This document shows, piece by piece, positions 31,557 through 44,952 of a stretch of DNA of 64,000 nt; positions within the stretch are counted from its first letter, which is position 1, and the number at the start of each line of letters is the position of its first letter. The notes under the pieces were generated by a model. That model was not told the origin of the DNA and searched no databases. It saw only the letters and a list, made by a program, of their open reading frames with translations. Made by a program: the position numbers and the translations under genes. Source of the stretch: Eledone cirrhosa (Eukaryota); assembly GCA_964016885.1 (NCBI GenBank), contig OZ024741.1:95914001-95978000 (forward strand). Reading direction: 5' to 3'.

Positions 31557-34500
31557 ATGGCTGTTATAAGAGTTGGATGTTTAAATGTGCGCAGCCTGGG
31601 GATGTACTGGAAGCAGGGCAAACTCTTAAATGACCTCAGGTCGCACAGAATGGATGTGATAGCTATTTGCGAGTCCAGGACCAGCAGCGAGCACCAACTG
31701 GCCCCCATCTTCGACGACTTTGAAATCTATGCATCTCTCTGTCAGCCGGGAGGTGGGGGCGGGGTGGTCGTTCTGCTGCGAAAACACCTGGGCCTCGCAA
31801 CACGGAAGGTACACCTGGACCGGAAGGGTCGACTGGTGGTTCTAGACGTCGGCAGTAGTGAAGGTGGAGCCTTCAGGCTGGTGGCAGCGTATGCCCCATC
31901 TGGGACACCGCGACAAGACATCTTCCAGCACCTAGAGACTTTTCTGGGAACATCTCGCTCCTTGCTTTTAGTGGGGGACTGGAATGGTATCCTGGATACA
32001 CGTTGGAACTAAGTAGGGGCATGTTCCGATAGAGGGGATGTAACAACCTCAAACGGTTAATCGGCCGATTTGATCTGGCCGATAGATATCGACGAGATTT
32101 TCCGACTGTGCCACTGTGGACGTGGACTAATTGTAGCGGAACATCTAGGTCGTACCTAGATAGGTTCCTTGTTAGAAATAAGGATAGGGACATATTAAGC
32201 TGTCCACGAATGTTCATGGTTGACTATTCGGATCACAAGTTGGTGACCGGAGTGGTCAACCTTGATAGAACCCATAGACAAGGACCCGGTTACTGGAAGC
32301 TAAACTTGTCCTTACCGACAAACAAAGCTTACAGTAAGCGGATTAGCCTCTAGTTAAGCAGCGGTTGACGGGGGTAATTGTCAACAGCAGGTGGTGGGGC
32401 TCTCTCAAGAAACTAATTAGAATAGAATCGATAGGTTTTAGTCAGGAATTAGCATCAGGTAGGAATAGAACTGAAAGGGAATTGATAGATAGAGTAGAAT
32501 AGGCGATTAGGAGTAGCAACGTGGCCGGCGTGCTGGCGTCAAGAACGGTCCTAGACCAGTTCTTTGATGCGAAGCACGAGGGCTACCTTGTCAGGAGTAA
32601 AATACGTGCTCTGGGTAACGAGGGAGCCAAAGCTGTTAGCTGGGCCCGAGTGACAGAGGCAAAAAGTGGAAACAAGTCCACAATTCGGTCTTTGAAGGAC
32701 CAGGATGGACGTGTGATCCTTGAACCTGAGTGGATGTGCGCGGCCTTTCAGCGGCGCTTTGCACGACTGTTTCGGAGGGGCGGCGGACCGGGTGGGGCCA
32801 TGGATTTCGGTCCATACCTCGACGGTCTGCCGCGGCTCTCGGACGAGGAGGCGAAGTCCTACGAAAGGCCGATTTCAGCCGCTGAAATAGAGGAAGCGCT
32901 GAGCCAATACGGCAAACGCAAATCTCCCGGTCTCGATGGTCTACCATACGAACTTTATTTAGCGATGCCGGACTTGTTCTCCGATCTCCTCGAGGCGGTC
33001 TCCTGCAACTGGCAACAGAACGGGAGAATTCCCAGTTCTGTGACCAAGGGCGTAGTCACGCTGGTGAGGAATGACGAGAACAAGGGGGATGACATAGATA
33101 ACTTCAGGCCGATAACTCTGCTAAACACAGAGTTAAAGATTTTGGCCACGGTGTTAGCCAAGGTGTTAGCTTGTCGTCGGGAACCTGGTGGGAGAAGCGC
33201 AGACATGCGCAATCCCGTCCAGGTCCATACACGACAACCTCCACCTCATGCGATACATCGTAGAGAGGGTAGGGAACGAACCCGGCTTTGGTGGGGCCCT
33301 GATCAACTTGCATCAATCTAAGGCATTCGATAGGGTCCACCATCGGTACCTGGATGCGGTGCTCGCGGCGGCAAGCTTCGGAACCGTTTTCAGGGGCTGG
33401 ATTGCTGCAATGAACAGCAGCAACACCTGCTCGAAGGTCAAGGTGAACGGCTGCCTCTCGGAGCCGTTCCAAATCGCGCGATCCCTCCGACAGGGATGCC
33501 CTCTCTCCTCCCTTCTGTATGTGCTGGCTCTCGAGCCACTACTACGGAAGTTGGAGCTGTTGCAGGGAATCCCCTTGGAACCGGGATTGCGGAAAGCGGT
33601 GTCGGCCTACGCCGATGACGAGACAGTAATAGTGTCGTGCGCCTCGGAAATCGGGCAGATCGGCACCTTACTGGAGGAACACGAAAGGTTTACAGGACCC
33701 AAGCTAAACCGGGACAAATCCGTCGGTTTGCAACTCGGAACGTGGAGAGGCAAACCGATGCCCTCCGACGGCGTCGTCGGACGCTGGACGGAGGGACCGG
33801 TGAAGCCTCTCGTGATGTGGTTCGGACCGGATCTCCAGGTGGAGAAAAGCGGGGACGAGGTAACGGGAAGGATGTTTGCACTCGCCCAGAAGTGGGCCGA
33901 GTGTAAACTATCCCTGAAAGGTCGAGCGGAGGTGGCGAACACTTATATAGCGTCCGTCATCTACTACCGCTTGACCGTTGTGCCTTGCCCAGCGAAAACG
34001 CTCGCCAAAATGAAGCGCGCGCTCTTCCGATTCCTTTGGAAGAAGCGGGCCCCTTTGGTGAGAAGATCCATCTGCTGTCAACACCCTCGAACGGAGGGCT
34101 GGAGATGCCGTGGCTGACGATGCGTAGACACGTATTAAGGCTACGGCACCTCCAGGTATTCCTCACCGGTCAGCCGGTGTGGACCCCTTTTGTGAGGGGA
34201 GCCTTTCCGAAACTCGTCTCACTCACCGAGCTGCAATCCTGGGTCAAGCAAATACCGAGAAAAGTGGGCGACTGGCACATTGAATGTGCCCAGGTGCTCA
34301 CGGCCCTCTGACAAGCGGATCCGGCAATCAGTGTAAACTCAACCTCAATATTCTATAGAGGGTTGGTGCGCAGCAAGTGCGACGACGCTCTCAGAGAGGC
34401 TCTGGGCATGGAGGAAGACGAGCTAGTCAGTCTGTTCGGTAGGACGTTTGGCCCGGGACCGATGGACAACTTCCAAAAGTCCCTGGCTTGGCAGTGCTAC

Positions 34501-34981
34501 CGAGGAGCTCTACTCGTTCGGGACAAGCTCTACAGACACGGGCGCCCGGGTAGGGACCCCTCGAAGAAGATCTGTCCGAGATGCGTGCGTGACGAAGAAA
34601 CAGTCGCGCACGCATTCGTACACTGCCCGGGAGTTGCTGACCTGTGGGGCTATGTGGAACGACTACTGTCGCGGGTGGGACCAATCCGGTTGACCACTGA
34701 GTACGTTGTCACGATCACCTCCCTTCAAAAACGAAGGAGAGGCGGTTTTCCTCTGTGTGATAGCTATGGCGAAAGAGGTTGTATGGTGGACGATGTTGAA
34801 AGGGCTGAGGTCAGACACTTTTCTCTCCGGCCAACAACTGGTCTTTTTTTTCAAGTACCATTTTAGAAGAAGGATGAGAATGGAGAGAGAGGTGCTCTAC
34901 CCCAGCAAGTTTTATGAAAAGTGGGTGAAAGTGGCGAGAATGGCCCGAGTGAATGGGCATTCTCTCTATATCAGCCTGTAG
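31557..34981 (+). pseudogene. Copy A ORF2, APE endonuclease-reverse transcriptase, disrupted
   Basis: MAVIRVGCLNVR, GDWN, SYLDRFL, SDHK, RPITLLN, QGCPLS, YADD and CPRC-x8-H-x4-C split over several frames by stops and indels. Confidence 0.93.
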
Positions 34982-35242
34982 GTGAGAGAGGAGAAGAAGG
35001 AGGAGAGGAAGGGAGCACCGGCTCTTTGTGCTCCTGAGGAGGAGGGTTGCACATTTTTTTCGGGGGTGTGTGGGACCCACGTCAACGCCCCCTCCCTATT
35101 GTGGACTTCGATTGTTGAATTTGATTTGCTATATGTTTTTACACGTCCTTTGAAATGTATGTAAACTACCCCTTGTATTTGTCCCAATCTTTGATTCCTT
35201 GGTGGCAAATAAATAGAAAGTTATCTATCTATCTATCCATCT

Positions 35243-37931
35243 CGTCAACAACAGGTGGTGGTGCTCTCAAAGAGAGGAAGTAGCAAGGCAGTAGCTTTAG
35301 AGAAAAACAAGACAGAGAAGGAATTTGTAGCCAAAGTAGAAGAGACATTTAGAAGTGGAAATGCAGCTTGTATTGTCAGAAGTAGAACACGTGCTCTGAG
35401 AATCGAAGGAGCGAAACCTGTTAGCTGGGCCCGAGTGGCAAAGACGAAAAGTGTCAGAAAATCCACAATTCGGTCTTTGAAAGACCAAGACGGACGCGTG
35501 CTACTTGAATCCAGGCAAATGTGCACGGCTTTCCAGCAGCACTTTGTACAACTGTTCGAGCAGAGCGGTGTGTCGGACGACGGCTTACCGGGACTCTCGA
35601 ACACCGATGCAGAGAGCTGCAAAAGGCCGATCACAGCCGCCGATATACAAGACCCCCTAGTCCACTGTGGGGAGCATAAATCACCCGGTCTAGATGGTTT
35701 ACCCTATGAGTTTTACATAGGCATGCCAGACTTGTTTCTGGCGTCCTCGAAGCGGTCCACTGCAACTGGCAGCAGAACAGGAGAATCGCCAGTTCTGTAA
35801 GCCGAGGCGTAGTAACGAGAACAAAGGGGACAACATAAGCAATTTCAGGCCCATAACTCTTCTCAACACGGAGCTGAAGATTTTGGCCAAGGTGTTAGCA
35901 ACGAGGCTGGCACTTGTCGTAGAGAGCCTGGCGCGGGAAGCACAAACGTGTGAAATCCCGACCACGTCCATACACGACAACATCCACCTCATGCAATACA
36001 TCATAGAGAGGGTGGGGTGTAAACCTGGCTTCGGTGGGGCTCTGATCAATTTAGATCAATCTAAGGCATTCGATAGGGCCGACCATCAATACTTGGACGC
36101 CGTTCTCAAGGCGGCCGGTTTCGAACCCGTCTTCAGAGGCTGGATTGCTGCCATGCACAGCAACATCTGCTCGGCAGTCAAGGTGAATGGCTACCTGGCG
36201 GAGCTATTCCAAATCACACGTTCCATCCGCCAGGGATGCCGTCTCTCCTCCATTCTGTATGTACTGACTCTCGAGGCATTACTGTGGAAGTTGGAGTTGT
36301 TGCAGGTCATCCTGATGGAACCAGTATTGCGAAAAGCAACGCTGGCCCATGCCGACGATGTGACCGTAATAGTGTCGAAAACTTCGGAAACCGGGGTGAT
36401 TGGTAACTTACTACAGGAATACGAAACACTGGCGGGAGCAAAACTGAACCTGGACATGTCAGTTGCAACTCTGCACGCGGAGAGGCAAGCGTCGTTGGGC
36501 GCTGGACGGAAGGACCGGTGAAATTGCTCGGGGTTTGGTTCGGTACAGACCTCCAGGTGAAGAAAAACTGGAACGAGATTGCAGCGAATGTATTTGCACT
36601 AACCCAGAAGTGGGCTGAGTGAAAACTTTCCTTAAAAGGTCGAGCAGAGGTTGCGAACACTTACATACCGTCCGTCATCTACTACCGCTTGACAGTTGTG
36701 CCTTGTCCCCGTGATCACTTCGCCAAAATGGAACGCCTACTCTTCAAGTTCTTTATAAGAAAAAGGTTCCATTGATGAGGAGATCCATCTGCTGCCAACA
36801 CCCTTCCAACGGAGGGCTGAGCATGCCGTGGCTGAGGATACGGAAACACGCACTGAGGCTACGCCATCTCCAGGTATTCCTGATCGGTGAACCCGTGTTG
36901 TCATCGTTTGTGAGAGAATTTTCCGCAACTCGTCTCGCTAACGGAGCTGCAGTCCTGAGTCAAGCAAAGACCGGAAATTGGCGCATGGCACCTCGAGTGC
37001 TCACAGTCCTCTATCAGGCAGACACGGCAATCAGCGGGGACTCCACTTCAACATTCTATAGAGGTTTAGTGGACGATAAATGCGACAACGTTCTCAGAGA
37101 GACTCTAGGTATCAAAGAGAACAAACTGACCAGTCTGTTCGGGAGGACTTTCCGTCCAGGACCTATGGATAACTTCCATAGTTATCTGGCCTGGCTGTGC
37201 TACCGAGAAGCTCTACTAGTTCGAGACAAGATGTACAGGCACTGACGCCCTGGCAGGGATCCTGCCAATAGAACCTGGCCAAGATGCGAGCGGGGTATTG
37301 AAACCGTTCTGCGCGCAATTGTACAGTGAGCAGGGATGACCGACCTATGGAACTATGTCGAACAGCCGCTGTCACGTGTGGGTCAAATCCAGTTGACTGC
37401 CGAGCCCATGGGAGGATCCCGCTGTCGCCTTTATTTAAAAACAAAGGAGAGGCGGTTTTCCCCTGTCTAATGGCTATGGCGAAAGAAAGAGGTAATATAG
37501 TTGACGAGATTAAAAGTAACGAGGACAGACACCTTCCTCTCCGGACAACAACTCATTTCCTTCTTTAAATACCACTTCAGAACGAAAATGAGAGTGGAGA
37601 GAAAGGTGCTGCATCCCCTTAAATTCGCTCAAAGGTGGGTAAATGTGGCGAAAATGGCTCGAGTGATTGTGCCTTCTCTGTATCTAAACCTGTAGGCTGA
37701 AGAAGACAAAAGAGAGGAGACAGGAGCACTTACAAATCATGCTCCTGGAGTCGAGGGTCATTCTATCTACAGGGCGTAAAACAACCCAATTGCAACATTC
37801 TCCCTACTGGGGATTTCGATTGTTATTTATTATTTTATAAATATTAAAACTTTTGTGTACACACTTAATTGTAAAATCCCCGCCATACGTCCTGTAATGT
37901 CCCATTTCTTATCCGCCCTTGTGGAAAAGAA
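35243..37931 (+). mobile_element. 5'-truncated, internally deleted copy B of the same lineage
   Basis: Starts mid-ORF2 (VNNRWW) directly after (TATC)n. DQSKAFDR, RQGC and HADD motifs, ORF2 stop at 37695 and a divergent 3' UTR followed by (ATCT)3. Confidence 0.92.
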
Positions 37932-37944
37932 ATCTATCTATCTA

Positions 37945-38323
37945 ACTATTTTTTCAAATACCACTTTGGAAGAAGAATCAGGATGGAGAGAGAGGTGCTG
38001 TACCCCAGCAAGTTTTATGAAAGGTAGGTGAAAGTGGCGAGAATGGCCCGAGTGAATGGGCCTTCTCTCTATATCAGCCTGTAGGTTGAGGAAAAAGAGG
38101 AAGAGGGGAAAGGGGTACAAACTCTTCGTACTCCTGGAGATGAGGGTTGCACATTTTTTCGGGGGTATCTGTTACCCATATGAACTGTCTCCCCCTATTG
38201 GGGAAAATCGACTAAATTTTTAAATTGCATTTGTGATAATATTTTACACGTTTTTATTGTATGTAAACTTCCCCCTTTGTATTTGTCCCCTACTTTTGTA
38301 CCCCTGTGGCTAATAAAGAAACA
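37945..38323 (+). mobile_element. Heavily 5'-truncated copy C (end of ORF2 plus 3' UTR)
   Basis: FFKYHFGRRIRMEREVL...GPSLYISL-TAG (38084), AATAAA at 38312, then (TATC)n. The 3' UTR is very similar to copy F. Confidence 0.92.
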
Positions 38324-38373
<50 letters not shown>

Positions 38374-38402
38374 GCTAGCTACCTGTCTACCTATCTATCT
38401 AT
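38324..38402 (+). repeat. (TATC)n, 3' flank of cluster 1
   Basis: Directly visible. Confidence 0.95.
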
Positions 38403-40591
38403 TCCCCCCCCCTCTCTCTTTATATATATCTATATCTATATATGTGTGTGTGTCAACTAATGCTTGTAACACATTGAACTCCGCTGAAAGCAGCAAAGGA
38501 TCTAGTAGGGTGTTAATCCGGCTAAGAGTAAAGTGTTATTGAACGTAAACTTGGTCGCTATTTCAAACATATCGAGCTACGCCATAGGTGTTACGTCAGA
38601 GACCCCGAATCGTAGTTTTTCATGGTGCAAATGTGGATAGTTGAATAGATGCTAATGATGATGACAATGATGATTGTAATGATAATGATGATGCGAACGA
38701 TGATGATGAGGATGATGCGAACGATGATGATGACGATGATGATGATGAAAGATAGCTATTGGAAAGGCAGTAGATGAAAGAATTACAAATGCAAGAGATT
38801 AAATTCAATATAAAAGTATGCTGGATTAGTAGAAACGCTCGAACTTGGTTGTTATTTCTAGCAGATTGAATGAATCTGTAACTCCCCATTCCGTTCTTCT
38901 GTTGGCTTGGTAGAGCTGTTACTGTTTGTATTTTTGTTTTATTGCTGTTGAACTTCAGTTGAGCGCTGAATCGGGATAAAATCTGATGAAAGGCGTTGCA
39001 ACCGTGGAGATTTCGGAATCTAATATTATGAGTTATGTGAGTAAAGTGAGCTGCGTTTGTGTCCATGACAATTAACTTGATGAATTAATCTTGATCTAAA
39101 TAGGTATTGGATAGATCTTGTTGTTGCTATTGTTTAACCACCGATCAATCAGACTCGAGATAAAACGTATCCATTCATGACAATCTTATCTTTTCAAAGC
39201 TAAACATGACAACCTTTTGTAACTTCCCGTTCCTTAGTTAAGACGGCATGCTGTGATTAGCGGGAGATATAACTGCTATTTCTAGAAGATAGTGTGACTA
39301 TGTATAGTCATAGAGGGAAATAATTCATTGTTGTAAGAAGTGGCAACACTGTAAAATTGCTTAGTGCTTCATTGGCTTGAAGTGTTTCTGTTAAAGCCTT
39401 ACTGTGAACATATAGACCAGAGAAAACAAGAGGAAAACACTTCATATATGTACTTCCACCATGAATTACTATATCAAGGACGGATGTTTAAAGATTCCAC
39501 AACGACCTAAACAGCATCAGATTTTTTTTTATAGCGATTAGATCGAATGACTTGACAAAATATCCCTTGCTTGCTCAGACAGAAATTGTGTGGTGGAGTG
39601 ATGTTGGCTGTGATGTTTGTGTTGGTGACGAGATTATAGTGAAGCGCACTAATAAAAGATGATGATCAAGAACTGGATGAAGCCGGTCATCTTTTCCTTC
39701 CTTGGTGATCATACTTATATCATGTGGTGGCTGTGAGAGCCAAATAGGGGATTCTTTGGCCTATAATCGGAAGCTGGACAGCCAAATAAAATGATATTAA
39801 AAGAAATAAAGCACTGAGCCATCAAATAAAATAGAATTGAAATACAAAGTTTCAAATATAGAAAGAAAAAATAATAACTGAATAATTCTGTAAAGAAATA
39901 TATGATGAAAAGCAACATATACGGATTTACATGAAAGACGATGTGATCATAAACTATTAAGGCATCTCTTGGTACAATGATTTTGGCATCTTTCACTCTT
40001 CTGTAATCTCTATCGGACAATTTCACACAAAGAATTGCAGCAGCATCAGAAAGTGGCTGCTCAAGTGAAGAAAACCATCGATATTGCTGTATCGTTATTG
40101 CCACGAGGCAGTTTGTGAGAAATTCAGCCAAATATCAAATATCAAATAAACCTAAGCAAATATCAAATACTAGATACGCTCGCCTGATATCGAACGAATT
40201 GTTAATTGGGCTAAACAGAAAATTTCTAATATATTTATCCATGTCCTCGCAGACATGTTGGAATTTTCCTTTCTCTTTTACTCCATGATATTAAAGAAAA
40301 GAACTAAATGTTGGCAAGTTTAGTTTTCTAAGCACTGCCAGTAGCTAGCTAGCATTATTGGTGAATATAATTTGATTTTCGACTTTCTTATGAAACTTCT
40401 TCAAAATTAATCGCAACAATTATTCTCTATGAAAATCACCGTTTCTGCCCTCCCTGTTCCTTTTCTAGAGGAAAATAGTTTTGTTCTTTTTTAATAATCC
40501 TTGTGGAATCTCATTTCTTTATCTCTCTTAATCTTTAACTTACTCTTACATTTTTCTAATTTTCTGTTACTACCGTTTGCTTTCGTTATTT

Positions 40592-40592
<1 letters not shown>

Positions 40593-40690
<98 letters not shown>

Positions 40691-40715
40691 GCTATCTAAA
40701 GATATCTATCTATCT
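40593..40715 (+). repeat. (TATC)n tract without an insertion
   Basis: Directly visible; no element sequence adjacent. Confidence 0.95.
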
Positions 40716-40776
40716 TTGATAACGATTAATGAAAATATGAAAGAAAATGATTGTAATTGATTTAAAAGAATATATA

Positions 40777-40895
40777 ATTGTTTCTACTTTTGGCACAAGG
40801 CCAGCAATTACCCAGTGCATTACTGGTACTTTATTTTATCGACCCCGTAAGGATGAAAGGCAAAGTTAACCTCGGCGGGATTGATTTGAACTCAG
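40777..40895 (-). mobile_element. 5'-truncated family-1 SINE
   Basis: Reverse complement of the 3' two-thirds of 8494-8686. Confidence 0.85.
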
Positions 40896-41099
40896 AATTT
40901 AAAAGAATATATAATGAAATACGGTGATGCGTGGAGTGACAAGCAAGAGAAGGTCAATAAAAACTCGTGGATTCAAGTATGTTTACATAGAATTATATAA
41001 AAGAATTATCGGATTAAATAATATATTCCTATAAACCTCGTCATTTTGACAAGTACTATGCTATTATATGTGTATATATCACCAAATGAGTAAATGTGG

Positions 41100-41700
41100 A
41101 AACAAGGATAGAAAACACGCTATCACAGTGATAGCAACAGAACATTGGAACTCTAAGGATCAAGGAAGCACTTTTGATCAAACGACTGGAACCGCCACTC
41201 ATCAACTGATCCGAAAGGAGCCAAACGTAGTGGCTGGTCTAACCTGAACAACGTTACGCACACACAATAACAGATGAATGAGAAAATGAATATTAGCCTA
41301 CATTTCGCCCACCTGTAAACAAACAGGTGGACAGGCTCTGCTACTATGCTGTACCTGCCACCAATTTTTCGCCCACCTACCTACCTACCTACCTACCTAC
41401 CTACCTACCACAACAACAAGACCCACTACCAGAATGCAAGGAGACAACAGCACTCGCGCGTGAGCGCGGACCCTATCATACCAGACCCACCACACGCTTT
41501 AGTGCCAACTACTAACTTTGACGACTTTTAAATATCAGCACCGATTTTCCGTGTGCGAGCCCGATAGGCTATATCTGTTGGCTTATTTCAACCAGTCAGA
41601 AGTTCCTTCAGACCCCCTGATGAGGGATGTGAAATCCGAAATATAAGGACGAATAAATCGATTCCAATGTAATTTCCTCTCTGGTTTTCATTTCATTTTA
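41100..41700 (+). mobile_element. PLE 3' end: GIY-YIG endonuclease C-terminus, (CCTA)n and a hammerhead-like motif
   Basis: LRIKEALLIKRLEPPLIN-stop (about 41153-41209) is the typical E.L.I....P..N end of PLE GIY-YIG domains. CTGATGA-g-ggat-gtgaa-atcc-GAAA-tata lies at 41617-41645. Confidence 0.7.
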
Positions 41701-41875
41701 CATTTCCTTTCCTTATTTCCTCTATTCCTCCTTTATCCCCTTTCTTCCTACTGTCACCTGATTTTGTTACCTGGAGATTTATTCATCTGCATTGTAGAGG
41801 CTTCCAAGAACGATCAGTTTTCATATATATATGTGTATATCTATATCTATATATCTATATATTTGTGTTTGTGTG

Positions 41876-41955
<80 letters not shown>

Positions 41956-42451
41956 CGTGCGTGTGTATTAATCTATTACACTATTATGTATTTTAGCCGA
42001 CAGATTGAGGACATGGTGGGGCACCAAGTACTTTATTTATATACCTCTTTCGTCATGAAGCATTGTCAGTAAACGTAAACACAGACACTGATATACACAT
42101 AAGCACGCGCTTATACCCCTTCCCCACCATATGTATTCTTGCTGGAATATCAGGCAAAATAAAAAAATGTGACGCATCCCGCAAGCTCACCAGACACCAG
42201 GCATGCACATGAATGTATGCAGCTTCACTCGGCATTCTTTTGTCTCCTTACCGTCATTACTTCTTCAACCCCCCCCCCCCCCAAAAAAAAAACACATATA
42301 TATATATATATATGAGTATTGAAGTTTCCGTTGAAAATTGAAAAAGTCATAGGAGTGAAGAGTGCTCTATGTAAGTACCAGAGCTAAATTTAATGTATAA
42401 TAAACAATACCTCAGTGCATTACTGGTACTTTATTTTATTGTTTATTATAC

Positions 42452-42521
<70 letters not shown>

Positions 42522-42597
42522 AAAATTGAACGGGAACAAAACAGAGAGGCAGTACGAACAAAGGTTTATTAGTTTCACGCTCTTGAGAGTGGGGTGG

Positions 42598-42637
<40 letters not shown>

Positions 42638-42820
42638 CCGGAGACTTTTTCGACAGACATCGTATGAAGGTGGTGTGCGCGTGATCCTAAATATTAAATT
42701 TTACAAAAATTACTTATGTAGTTTATTTTGTCGTCAGTTGAAATCTACTTCCTTCGTTCACCCATATCCTACACTGTTCCTCCGTATGTTTACCGTGTTG
42801 TTCTCTATCATATTACATAC

Positions 42821-42996
42821 ATCATTTCGTTAGGACGGAGAATTCCAACGCTTGCCATCCATCTTCTGACATCCTGAGATAGATCGTTGTTATAGTCAGT
42901 AATTGGGCTGAAATCATGCAGGGTCGATTCCAGTTTGATGGTTGACGAGTGAAGATGATGTTTTGGTTGTTGCCTATCGCATGTATTCACTCCTTC
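42821..42996 (-). CDS. Candidate isolated host exon, product unknown
   Basis: Minus strand tttttaacAG | 176 nt open in phase 0 (EGVNTCDRQQPKHHLHSS...DVRRWMASVGILRPNEM) | GTatgt. Non-repetitive, but no recognisable homology or partner exon. Confidence 0.3.
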
Positions 42997-43040
42997 CTGT
43001 TAAAAATGTCGCTATATTTTAGATATATATGCACACACAG

Positions 43041-43110
<70 letters not shown>

Positions 43111-44201
43111 TACATATGAACATATATATGAATATGGTATGTATGTCTAAAATATCTATCGGTATTGAAAACACCAACATTTCTGGCAGAAATCATGTTC
43201 ATAATTTACTTACATAAACAAATGCATATGCACATACACACGCAAGCCCGTGTGTCTGTGTATATATACTTGTGTTTCGACATTTACGTGCGTGTACATG
43301 TGCATGTATGTATGTACGCTTGTCTACATATTTAACAACTCCTTGCCTCTATTCTATTTCCCATCAACATTTAGGAGGCAATGATTGTTGATCAGTAGAA
43401 TTAGCAAGTTGGTGTGCGGTAGTCTGAGCATGCAAGGATCGGACGGAAGAAAATAAATAATTGAAAATCTGTATTTCTTCCACAGTACAATAACATACAC
43501 AGTGAGCCTGTTAGCGTGTGTCTTTGCCACCTTTTACATCAGCTACAGACTTGGATTGTATGTGAAAACAACTGATCATGTATCGTTTGTGACCTACCTA
43601 ATCATTAGCTTTTGTTCCTCACGGCATGTTGTCTGCCCATAGGTCAGTCATGGGTTATCAGACCTAGCATTAAAGGCATTCTAGCTATGGTCACCCATCA
43701 TTTTTCTATATGCAAGTATACTTTAGCTCACACTACGGCATTTAATATATATTTCCTCTTAAAAACAACAAAAACAAAAGCAACAATAAAAAACATGGTA
43801 CTGAGAAGTTTCAAACATGTGTGTGTGGGTGAAACAATGAGGGAGATTTTACGTTTGTGGTCACTCAACTTGTTAAATATTAGAACATCTTTCTGATATT
43901 AGAGTTTACCGTCTTTCGGGAAGGTATGGGATAATGTAGTCTGAGATAAACTGTTTGCATGTACCAAAGATCGTGACGGTCACGGGTAGAATATCTTTAC
44001 TGATTGTTCTGTTGAAATATGACTGACAGTGAAGTACAAGATCGTATAGATAGCTAAATCATATAGTACGCATGATCAATGTTTCTGATATACAACCAGT
44101 GTCTGTGTCCTCTGTAAAACGTCGCAAAAAGACCAACTTTAATAGTAAATCATCATCCCTTTAATGAAAATCTCATTGATCTACTTCTGTATTACGACTT
44201 T

Positions 44202-44777
44202 TAATAATATAAGAACTGCTACATAAGGTGGTGGATTTAATGATATAAGAACTGCTACATAAGGTGGTGGATTTAATAATATAAGAACTGCTACATAAGG
44301 TGTTGGATTTAATAATATAAGAACTGCTACATAAGGTGTTGGATTTAATAATATAAGAACTGCTACATAAGGTGGTGGATTTAATAATATAAGAACTGCT
44401 ACATAAAGTGTTGGATTTAATAATATAAGAACTGCTACATAAGGTGTTGGATTTAATAATATAAGAACTGCTACATAAGGTGGTGGATTTAATAATATAA
44501 GAACTGCTACATAAGGTGGTGGATTTAATAATATAAGAACTGCTACATAAGGTGGTGGATTTAATAATATAAGAACTGCTACATAAGGTGTTGGATTTAA
44601 TAATATAAGAACTGCTACATAAGGTGTTGGATTTAATGATATAAGAACTGCTACATAAGGTGGTGGATTTAATAATATAAGAACTGCTACATAAGGTGTT
44701 GGATTTAATAATATAAGAACTGCTACATAAGGTGTTGGATTTAATAATATAAGAACTGCTACATAAGGTGGTGGATT
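44202..44777. repeat. 36-bp minisatellite, 16 copies
   Basis: Unit taataatataagaactgctacataaggtgKtggatt; 576 bp equals 16 x 36. Confidence 0.97.
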
Positions 44778-44952
44778 GACCATACTGGTGGAGCCTCGGA
44801 CAAACTGCTTTGCGGTATTTACTTATGACTTTCTACGTTCTGAGTCAAATCACGTCGAGGTCAATTTCTTTAAAAGTCGATGAAATAAAATACCAGTAAA
44901 CTACTTTACCGTCTCCACCAAAACTCTTGGCTATGTGCCTATGTTAGAATCG
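44766..44952 (+). mobile_element. Diverged family-1 SINE whose head overlaps the last minisatellite unit
   Basis: aggtggtggattgac head (same as 26205), ttctgagtcaaat, gtcgaggtcaa, gtcgatgaaataaaataccag, tgtgcctatgttagaat. Confidence 0.72.

Larger units (their letters stand above)
29498..35221 (+). mobile_element. Full-length but decayed L1/Tx1-type non-LTR retrotransposon, copy A
   Basis: 5' UTR, gag-like ORF1, APE-RT-CCHC ORF2 and 3' UTR with AATAAA joined to (TATC)n. Colinear with copies D and E. Confidence 0.95.

Noticed and set aside
38620-40160. Minus-strand ORFs 38620-39066 and 39715-40131 as further host exons
   Set aside because: The nearest plausible acceptors give in-frame stops, there is no consistent phase with the 42.8-kb candidate, and no recognisable homology.
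44181-44783. 200-aa ORF with a 12-aa repeat, and CRISPR-like 36-bp periodicity
   Set aside because: Direct tandem units with no spacers and no cas genes in a eukaryotic context. The ORF is a by-product of a unit length divisible by 3.
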